In this document: piece by piece, positions 58,101 through 64,000 of the stretch | Layout of the letters: every line of letters starts with the position of its first letter | Position numbering within the stretch: position 1 is the stretch's first letter | From: Octopus bimaculoides | Taxonomy: Eukaryota | DNA length: 64,000 nucleotides | Direction: 5' to 3' | NCBI RefSeq assembly: GCF_001194135.2 | Contig: NC_068982.1 | Span: forward strand, 129,358,105 to 129,422,104 | Translations under genes and position numbers: made by a program | Notes under the pieces: generated by a model | Database searches by the model: none | Told to the model about the DNA's origin: nothing | The model's input: the letters and a program-made list of their open reading frames with translations, nothing else

Positions 58101-60624
58101 AAAATATGCTGAGAATTATAAGGAAATCTCAATGAATCACAAAAAAATAAAAATTGTTTTTCTCTACCGAGAAATTTTTTGTCATAATTGAATTAAAATA
58201 TGAAATTTAAGCAGGTGACTGTTATTGTGTGGCCTTAATTAACACTGATCATCATCATCATCATCATCGTTTAACGTCCGTTTTCCATGCTAGCATGGGT
58301 TGAACGATTTGACTGAGGACTGGTGAACCAGATGGCTACACCAGGCTCCAATCTGATTTGGCAGAGTTTCTACAGCTGGATGCCCTTGGAACATAGGTAG
58401 TTGGTCAAACAACTGGATGCATTCTAGATATCTGGTATTTTAGACACCATGCTTCTAATTGATTGAAGATCTTACTTCACATTCCAATATGCAGTTTTTG
58501 TTGTGTTTTTATTTTTTTGTAATATCTGTAGGTTCCGGTGTACATAGTCAAAGCATACACAAGAACCTATACACCAATTGTCCTCTAATGAGGCAGGTAT
58601 GTGGCAATGTACAGATCAATGAAAAAGAAGATAGAAGCCTTTCGAGAAGTGGATCTTTCATGGATTGGGCAAAATAAGCTAGAAAGACAGAGTAACAAAC
58701 ACTGTAGTACAAGAACAGCTGAAAGTCCAAACACACCTAATGTTGAGTGCACAAAGCTATTGTATTATGGAGATACACGAGTCATTGTACAGGAAGTGTG
58801 GAGAGGGAAGACAGCAAGAGGCCATCAAAGACATTTGAGGACTAATGACATCAGAGACTGGACTGGACTGGAAACAAGAGCCTGGCTGGTTGTATGCATG
58901 CAACACAACACAAGAGAATCAGAGAGTTTTGCAAGCCAAACTCTGGGCACAGGGAGGGCACCTGACTAATGAGATTCTTGTGATGGCTATAACAGAAGCA
59001 GGCAAAGTAACTACAGCTAGAGCACAACACAGGGCTTGAAGCTAAGGAGATTATTGATATTGTTATTTTTTGTTTGTCTTCATATTTTGGGACTAAGTAA
59101 ATGGGATGGTATTCCTGCGATAGTGTGGTGCTAGGGGTCTAAGCATGACTAAACATGTAGTGCCAAGCACTGAGATCAAGAGCTTATTGCAGCAACAAAC
59201 TGTGCTTTTCACACATTTAGATGGTCTTTCAATTTGAATATTTTTATTGCTGTTTTGACTACCAGAAATAATGCAAAGCATGTTGCTTTGTGTTCTTTAT
59301 ATTTTGTTGTAGAAAAAAGAGGGTCTCAGACAGGAATGGCATAATCCATAATGGATTTACTATATTGAGTGTAGCATTTGGTTCACGTTAGGAAGGACAT
59401 TTCGCCATATAAACCATACCAAAGCAGACACTGGAGCTTGGTGTAGTCCTCTTGCTTGTGGGCTCCTGTCAAACAGTACCAACCCTTGTTGGCATGGAAA
59501 ACGGACGTTAAACGACGACAATAATTAGTGTTTTTGTTACTTTATGTTTGCCAAATGTGGTGGCTACCAAAATACCTACTTTTAGTGTGTTCATGCATTG
59601 TTTGACTACGTCTTCATAGACCTTGCGAATACTGTAGTATTGTTAGTAATTCCTATCACCATTTTCTTCTGTATGTGCGTGTTATGTATTTGTAGTTGAA
59701 CGTGGGTAGTTTGTACTTTATGTTGTCTTGAATGGGAGTGCATTTTGTAAGATGGAACTTCTAGGGGCTTGATGTAGGGTCGGAGTTGTAAAACTACGTC
59801 TTGGGATGATGAGAGGAAACTCAAGCGATCTCTCAACTTGCCAGAAATAGCAGCTAAATCTCATTTAAATTACTCTCTGTAGTCTGAAAAAAGGAAATAT
59901 ATATATTACGCGTGGAAACTATTTCCCCATATGTTCTGATCATATTGATTTCATTGAAGTGAAGACGATGCTAATTTTAAAGGCAAGAATATTCTAGTTG
60001 GTGTGTAAATGTGTATTTTAAAGATTCCAGATGAATGAAAAGTAGTGTTGATCTTCATGAAATTTGAACAGACGTTATTAATTAGATTCTAGAATTGATA
60101 AAACATGCAACATCTTAGATCTCAATACCCGTTCATATTAATTACTGAATTAGCAACGGATGCTAAATTTACAAAATTATTCTAAACTATCGTACATGAT
60201 GAATTTTCATATAACTATATGAATGATAAAGCAATTTTAACTCAGACACAAACGAAAAGAGCAGGAAATATAGGGAATTGTATAAACTATGTACACGTGA
60301 ATTTCAGTAGCATTTCATTTTACCGGTGCTTTGAGGTTATAATGAATTAATGTTATCCGGGTAATTTAATACTTTAGACAAAAAATATTTTAGAAATTAA
60401 TTGAAAACGAAAGCAGTTTAATTAACAATTACTATCTGAATGTTTCTTCTTACCTCGCTATTGTCATCTTTCTTGGCCTGTAATTTCTCTTGCTTAGCTT
60501 TGAATTTTTCAAGTTTAGCCTGCTTTTGGGCTTCCTTTTTCAGCTGGGCAGCTGTTTTAGGTTTCGGTGCTCCGTCCATGACATCGCCAGACGACGGAGG
60601 AGCTTCCACAGAAATATCTGCCAT
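18906..60624 (-). CDS. VARS1: Cytosolic valyl-tRNA synthetase (class Ia aaRS), spliced gene model, 27 coding exons, 1051 aa
   Basis: Manually joined exons give one open frame (3156 nt) with [14 protein letters not shown] (HIGH), [21 protein letters not shown] and [12 protein letters not shown] (editing domain), [48 protein letters not shown], anticodon-binding domain and C-terminal coiled coil. All introns are GT-AG and phases match. Confidence 0.98.
19531..20173. mobile_element. piggyBac-like MITE (TTAA-CCCTTT...AAAGGG-TTCA) interrupted by a nested insertion
   Basis: ttaacccttt at 19531-19540 and aaagggttca at 20164-20173; related ends at about 51217 and 52069. Confidence 0.6.
19578..19946. 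mobile_element. Helentron-associated (HINE/DINE-1-like) element
   Basis: 5' hairpin acctctgcctt-agc-aaggcggaggt, (GTTT)n tract, 3' palindrome gctctctgagtgc, T-rich boundaries. Confidence 0.6.
20505..20654 (-). CDS. VARS1: ValRS coding exon 26/27 (coiled-coil arm)
   Basis: [26 protein letters not shown]...[16 protein letters not shown]; 150 nt; cag / gtaaac. Confidence 0.95.
20960..21801 (+). mobile_element. RTE-type LINE 3' end with (GAT)n tail, spanning a gap
   Basis: Ends ...aacccatgctagcatggaaagcggacgttaaat(gat)n; internal repeats match the copies at 49027 and 55326. Confidence 0.85.
23144..23316 (-). CDS. VARS1: ValRS coding exon 25/27
   Basis: [17 protein letters not shown]...[22 protein letters not shown]; 173 nt; tag / gtaagt. 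Confidence 0.95.
25282..25393 (-). CDS. VARS1: ValRS coding exon 24/27
   Basis: [37 protein letters not shown]; 112 nt; tag / gtaagt. Confidence 0.95.
26505..26711 (-). CDS. VARS1: ValRS coding exon 23/27
   Basis: [15 protein letters not shown]...[20 protein letters not shown]...VHPYPTTKE; 207 nt; cag / gtaagt. Confidence 0.96.
27174..27559 (-). mobile_element. Young full-length tRNA-head SINE with 11-bp TSD
   Basis: Head gtggaggcgcaatggtccagtggttagg...ggtttcgattccc (A and B boxes); aacaaca tail; TSD GTATCAGAGAT at 27163-27173 and 27560-27570. Confidence 0.9.
28216..28365 (-). CDS. VARS1: ValRS coding exon 22/27
   Basis: [18 protein letters not shown]...[13 protein letters not shown]; 150 nt; the only nearby in-phase acceptor is aag at 28366-28368; donor gtaagt. 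Confidence 0.87.
28558..28855 (-). mobile_element. RTE-type LINE 3' end
   Basis: (cat)n-...tttaacgtccgctttccatgctagcatgggttg family signature; further minus-oriented copies at about 17695-17762, 37628-37800, 41966-42180, 57163-57360, 58250-58388. Confidence 0.85.
29970..30097 (-). CDS. VARS1: ValRS coding exon 21/27
   Basis: [43 protein letters not shown]; 128 nt; cag / gtaatt. Confidence 0.96.
31139..31217 (-). CDS. VARS1: ValRS coding exon 20/27
   Basis: [26 protein letters not shown]; 79 nt; cag / gttagg. Confidence 0.96.
31905..31973 (-). CDS. VARS1: ValRS coding exon 19/27
   Basis: [23 protein letters not shown]; 69 nt; cag / gtaatt. Confidence 0.95.
32570..32674 (-). CDS. VARS1: ValRS coding exon 18/27 (KMSKS motif)
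   Basis: [35 protein letters not shown]; 105 nt; cag / gtaaac. Confidence 0.97.
33203..33284. repeat. (GA)n microsatellite inside a SINE
   Basis: About 40 GA units with one interruption. Confidence 0.97.
33884..34009 (-). CDS. VARS1: ValRS coding exon 17/27
   Basis: [42 protein letters not shown]; 126 nt; cag / gtaatt. Confidence 0.97.
34907..34977 (-). CDS. VARS1: ValRS coding exon 16/27
   Basis: [24 protein letters not shown]; 71 nt; tag / gttagt. Confidence 0.97.
35692..35797 (-). CDS. VARS1: ValRS coding exon 15/27
   Basis: [35 protein letters not shown]; 106 nt; cag / gtaaat. Confidence 0.96.
35975..36846 (+). mobile_element. Degenerate RTE LINE fragment (RT C-terminus, 3' UTR, (GAT)n tail)
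   Basis: Broken frames read [48 protein letters not shown]; tail (gat)n at 36812-36846. Confidence 0.85.
37482..37572 (-). CDS. VARS1: ValRS coding exon 14/27
   Basis: [31 protein letters not shown]; 91 nt; cag / gtaatt. Confidence 0.97.
38846..38922 (-). CDS. VARS1: ValRS coding exon 13/27
   Basis: [25 protein letters not shown]; 77 nt; tag / gtaatt. Confidence 0.95.
39282..39363 (-). CDS. VARS1: ValRS coding exon 12/27
   Basis: [28 protein letters not shown]; 82 nt; cag / gtaagt. Confidence 0.96.
40589..40692 (-). CDS. VARS1: ValRS coding exon 11/27
   Basis: [34 protein letters not shown]; 104 nt; tag / gtaatg. Confidence 0.96.
40854..41770 (-). mobile_element. hAT (Buster/Charlie-type) transposon relic: one TIR plus transposase C-terminal portion
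   Basis: TIR cagtggttcccaacc at 40854 preceded by ctcTAgat; [13 protein letters not shown], frameshift, [18 protein letters not shown], then a 184-aa ORF ending in an hATC-like domain (PINFW..YPMLA...[10 protein letters not shown]). Confidence 0.9.
42616..42740 (-). CDS. VARS1: ValRS coding exon 10/27
   Basis: [42 protein letters not shown]; 125 nt; cag / gtaaga. Confidence 0.96.
43150..43650 (+). mobile_element. Degenerate RTE-clade reverse transcriptase fragment
   Basis: [10 protein letters not shown] at 43165, [14 protein letters not shown], then [10 protein letters not shown]...[33 protein letters not shown]. Confidence 0.85.
44285..44464 (-). CDS. VARS1: ValRS coding exon 9/27 (editing domain)
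   Basis: [29 protein letters not shown]...FVDQEFGT; 180 nt; tag / gtgagt. Confidence 0.97.
45379..45487 (-). CDS. VARS1: ValRS coding exon 8/27
   Basis: [36 protein letters not shown]; 109 nt; cag / gtaggg. Confidence 0.96.
46299..46418 (-). CDS. VARS1: ValRS coding exon 7/27
   Basis: [40 protein letters not shown]; 120 nt; tag / gtacat. Confidence 0.96.
46634..47185 (-). mobile_element. RTE-type LINE 3' end
   Basis: Same family signature as 49027-49452, extending into ORF C-terminus-derived sequence. Confidence 0.85.
47426..47516 (-). mobile_element. Minimal 91-bp Helitron-like element
   Basis: Minus strand A|TCTCTATATATAAAG...cgggcaacgccggg (GC hairpin)...CTAG|T. Confidence 0.7.
48450..48725 (-). 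mobile_element. Helitron-like 5' end with (CTGT)n tract
   Basis: Minus strand A|TCTATATATATAAAAATGAGAATGTGTGTCTGTCTGTCTG; 3' end not identified. Confidence 0.5.
49027..49452 (-). mobile_element. Young RTE-type LINE 3' end
   Basis: Differs from the reverse complement of 55428-55861 at 3 positions by manual comparison. Confidence 0.92.
50955..51036 (-). CDS. VARS1: ValRS coding exon 6/27
   Basis: [27 protein letters not shown]; 82 nt; aag / gtaagc. Confidence 0.95.
51545..51780. repeat. Minisatellite (about 10 units of 22-25 bp) inside an RTE 3' UTR copy (about 51370-51785)
   Basis: Repeated g(t/c)(g/a)cttttaY..g.cacc unit. Confidence 0.85.
52580..52744 (-). CDS. VARS1: ValRS coding exon 5/27
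   Basis: [28 protein letters not shown]...EVWKWKN; 165 nt; cag / gtaagg. Confidence 0.97.
53085..53420 (-). mobile_element. RTE-type LINE 3' end
   Basis: Family signature catcatcgtttaacgttcgctttccatgctagc and internal repeat unit. Confidence 0.87.
54324..54448 (-). CDS. VARS1: ValRS coding exon 4/27 (HIGH motif)
   Basis: [41 protein letters not shown](W); 125 nt; cag / gtttgt. Confidence 0.96.
54959..55062 (-). CDS. VARS1: ValRS coding exon 3/27
   Basis: [35 protein letters not shown]; 104 nt; cag / gtaagt. Confidence 0.96.
55326..55861 (+). mobile_element. Young 5'-truncated RTE LINE with TSD
   Basis: Intact ORF end [48 protein letters not shown]; (gat)n tail; ATAAGGGTTC at 55302-55311 and 55862-55871. 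Confidence 0.92.
56093..56120 (+). repeat. Interstitial (TTAGGG)4 repeat
   Basis: Four perfect TTAGGG units followed by degenerate TTAGAA. Confidence 0.95.
57045..57120 (-). CDS. VARS1: ValRS coding exon 2/27
   Basis: [25 protein letters not shown]; 76 nt; tag / gtaagg; ends phase 1. Confidence 0.93.
58600..58930 (+). mobile_element. Degenerate RTE-clade ORF C-terminal fragment
   Basis: Broken frames read [28 protein letters not shown]...DIRDWTGL. Confidence 0.7.
60454..60624 (-). CDS. VARS1: ValRS coding exon 1/27
   Basis: [10 protein letters not shown]...[28 protein letters not shown]; 171 nt; donor gtaaga; in-frame TAA upstream at 60658-60660. Confidence 0.92.
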
Positions 60625-61330
60625 TATTTCACTATCAATTAAATAAGTAATATCGATTTAACACCGGCTTTCGAACCAACACATTCAACAATACACCGAC
60701 GTCAACACATAAAACACCACGAAGAGACGTGATGCACTCAATCAAACTTTCTGAAGAAAACTTCAATTCATAAAAACAATCATTAAAATCATTTATGATT
60801 TTCCAGGAATGATCAATAAAATAATAACTAAATTTAAATATAAACAATCAATTTAGAAGACTAACAAAAATACTGAAACAGTCTGATCATATCGTTACTT
60901 TCAGTTTATAATTAGTTAATATTTTTCATTTTTATATAATCATTAACTAAGTTAAAAATATCTAAAATCATAAATTAGCATTTGATGTGTGATGATTTAT
61001 ATGAAAATAAAACTTTTTTTTCATTCTAAATAATCATAATAATTTACAGAAAAAAAAGCTCTTGCTTGTTAATTTGAAATATCAAGTTAATTAAAATCAA
61101 TTAAATTAAATACTTACAATGCTAGTTTCTAACTAAAGGTACAACAAATATAAATCAAACATCAAGAGCAATTTTAATTTATGAAACAATTTTAGAGTTA
61201 CACCGCCTTAATAATGAAATTTCTCTCTTTAATTGCGTCAGCTTCTCAGGTCGGTCATTTCAGATAACTTTATCAGACTAATATCTTAGATTTTGATTTG
61301 CAACACGAGTATGGGACAAATCCCGCATAC
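60625..61330 (-). promoter_or_regulatory. Putative ValRS 5' UTR/promoter: candidate acceptor at 60751 and candidate non-coding exon donor at 61116-61117
   Basis: Minus-strand ttttcttcag acceptor upstream of the ATG exon; gtaagta donor at 61117; local CpG enrichment at 60660-60740 and 61200-61330. TSS not determinable from sequence. Confidence 0.35.
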
Positions 61331-62309
61331 CTCACATTTAAAGAATACATTAAGTAATTAAAAGTAAAAAAAAAAAAAAATCAAAATAAATACGTAAATT
61401 TTCGAATGGAAAAATCATTAAATGATTAATTATTTAGTTTTATTAGTAATAAATGCACCCATGAAATGAAATTACAAGTGCGCAGGGTGTTCGCTAAAGG
61501 TAATTATTTCAGTCTCAGGAAATATCATCTGGTCCTATTATTTATATAACATTAGCAGCAGTGGGAGTGGATAAGGAAACCAAGATATCGAAGATCCAGC
61601 ATGGCCTAGGAAAGCAACGATTATCAAAAGAATTGAAGCAAAGAAGCATATGGAGAAATGAGGGAAAAGTTTAAAAACAAAAAACACTTAAAATTTCTTG
61701 TTCACGAGAGATAGTGAAGAGCGGCGACGGTGAAATAACAGAATAAAGCATTATAAGTATTGTACTGTAACATACATTAGCACTTGCATCATAAATTTGT
61801 AACTCAGTATTTATATTTAAATATATACATATTTGAGATAATTTAGTGAAAAACTATGGAATTTACAAAAGCCAACAGTGAGAGAAAGAAGAAAAGAGTT
61901 TTTAAAAAATTACAATCTTCCACTTGTGTCTTTCGAGACATTACTGATCGCTGAACCACTGACCAGCAAGTTTTTTTTTTTAAATTTTTTATTTCGTAAG
62001 CGCACCCCTACCTGGGGGTAAAACCCTGTAGTTATGCCCCTACAATCACTAAATTATTAAATGATGTTCTGATGATTGCTCAGCTGTTCCAGTTCCTCAA
62101 CTCGCAATCATCCTCCGAACATCAGTTTCCCCTGGCGCATTGTATAATAGATGGTGTGTGCATGCTTTTATTGTAGTTATTTATTTATTGATTTTTTCTC
62201 TCTCCCATGTTTACGTTATGTAAAATGTGTTCTTTTTCACTAAATTAGAGCAAACTCTCCATTTTACAAGAGAACAACAATCATAAACATGAGCTAATAA
62301 AAGTTCATT

Positions 62310-62600
62310 TTACTTCTGTCTGATATTCAGAATTTCGTCCAAGGTATTCTGTTCATTGAGCACATAGTTTACAAGTTCTTTAAACGTTGTTACTACACCT
62401 TTGCTATACATTTTATTCTCTCTTACAGGTTCACCACGAGAATTTGTTAATACATGCACGAGTTTGGTCCTTTCCAATACTTTCAATAGCTTCACAAGTA
62501 TTGAGTGATCGTGTGTCACAAATTCATTAAAAGCAACATTTCAACCTTCGCAAAGGTTGCTGATGCTAGCCTCCTCATCAATGAAAGTTTTTAAAAGGAA
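62310..62600 (-). mobile_element. Possible degenerate MULE/Mutator transposase C-terminal remnant
   Basis: SNLCEG*NVAFNEFVTHDHSILVKLLKVLE resembles the TNN.CEGWN..F...VG..HPSIW motif, with TGG>TGA. Confidence 0.5.
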
Positions 62601-63102
62601 TCGTTGAAGATTTTTTGTGAGATAGAAATATTTAATTTATTAACACTTACTAGATTTATATTGAGTTACTACTGACACGGAGAGAATGTTCTTTGGTAGA
62701 CAAAAGACCACAGCGTATATTTATGTATGCGTATGCGATAATATGGATTCAACCATTCATAAAAAGTGTGTGTGTGTGTGTTCGAGGTACGTTTACGTGC
62801 TTGATATTATATTTTGACAAACTACCGAGATGAATTTGTCGAAATTGACAACATTTGATGATGTTGATAGTTGTGACAACCAGGGCAAAGTAGACGCTGT
62901 GGGGTTGTGGCGACAGTCTTGTTATTGTTGCTGCTTGAAGCCAGCAACGATATGTATGGTTTCGAATGCCAAGCAACTGACTCATGATCTCTTTGTATAT
63001 TTTGATAATAGACTTTAACAAGTTGAGTCATGAACAGAAGAGTCAAGATAAAACACTTGACTGAGTGATTTAACTCAAATAAACTTTTGGGTAACTAAAG
63101 TA

Positions 63103-63151
63103 TTATAAAGATAACTAAAGTAATATAAAGATCAAAAAGTAATATAAAGAT
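63103..63151. repeat. Short tandem repeat, about 20 bp x 2.5
   Basis: aactaaagtattataaagat / aactaaagtaatataaagat / caaaaagtaatataaagat. Confidence 0.8.
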
Positions 63152-64000
63152 GCATTTTTCCTTTAACAATTTTACTGATGTTTCAAGGTTTCACAAGTTC
63201 GGATTTCGAATCCAGTTTAAACTTCCTCTTACGGCAAAGCTGACAGTGGCAAGATTTGAACTCAAGACATAAAAGACTGTAACACAGATCCTTCACTTCC
63301 TTCAGTAATGGCCCACTTTGGATAGTCTTGATATATCTACTCTTGGTCGACATGCGTATCATATCTTACAAATTAAGGACAACTCGGTTTAGTCCCCCGA
63401 CCCGTCCACTTCCATTGGCAATACCTGTGTCAGCAAAAGTTAAATAAAGAATGACATAAAAGACTACCTAAAAATCATCAACAGTTCAATGGCCAACAAA
63501 GACAGTAAATTTCAAAACTCTTCTGGAAAAGTTCAATACCCACAAAGGACACTTCAGCGGCCCCTGCACTTAATAATACTAAGCTCTAGATGCATCCACC
63601 AAACAAAATATCTGTTCGAGACCTTCATAGATTGTGAGGCGTAACATTTGTAGCGACTTGAAAAGTTTTAATTACGTGTTGTTCCGACTTGGTAGTTCAC
63701 GAAGTTTCTGTTCATGGAAGTAGTACAGGTTTAGTGAAAGGTATCTATGTTGCATATGGATTATGCCTGTATATTGAAGGTTAAAAAATGAAAACCGACA
63801 TTAGCTGCATGTAAGTTTTTAAAAGTAGTAGAAAGTATGCAGGTATAGGCCTGCGATTTTGAGTAAAGTGAGTTCTATCCCAGTTGGAGGAAAATTACTG
63901 TTGGTATAAATCGTTCAAGTTCTTTTATTTTATTCTATTTACATGTACATGCATTTACCAGTAAATCACATGTATATAGCTCTGGTTATTAAAATACTGG

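Noticed and set aside
59806-59887. ATGATGA...CTGA spaced like a C/D snoRNA
   Set aside because: Antisense to the host gene, no terminal stem, and the interior matches a SINE 3' motif seen elsewhere (about 44860).
18906-60624. U12-type or non-canonical introns in ValRS
   Set aside because: All 26 introns are GT-AG and none has the GTATCCTT/ATATCCTT donor.
60625-61140. Upstream coding exon providing a mitochondrial leader via the TAG acceptor at 60632-60634
   Set aside because: The candidate upstream exon ending at 61118 has an in-frame TAG in the required phase; the longer exon version has an in-frame stop at 60658-60660.

Overview
AT-rich, repeat-dense metazoan genomic DNA with seven assembly gaps (87-315, 2222-2871, 7358-7408, 21308-21485, 24155-25037, 25501-25510, 47781-48369). 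The SINE/RTE repertoire and microsatellite load suggest an octopus or other cephalopod (inference, not a database match). The one supportable protein-coding gene is a complete cytosolic valyl-tRNA synthetase on the minus strand. I reconstructed it by hand as 27 GT-AG-bounded coding exons from 60624 to 18906, with phases consistent at every junction, giving a 3156-nt CDS (1051 aa + stop) with HLGH (HIGH) and KMSKS motifs. The rest is transposable-element material: RTE LINE 3' ends, tRNA-head SINEs, an R4/Dong-like fragment, hAT/Buster, mariner and MULE relics, MITEs and Helitron-like elements. Between about 6.8 and 14.7 kb lie three promoter-like, splice-donor-terminated segments on the + strand with no identifiable gene body. 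The best leads are a near-identical inverted retroelement pair bracketing ValRS exons 3-6, a duplicated intron 3' end in two consecutive ValRS introns, and the orphan uORF-rich leader exons. I found no clear evidence of a wholly new system; all leads need RNA data.
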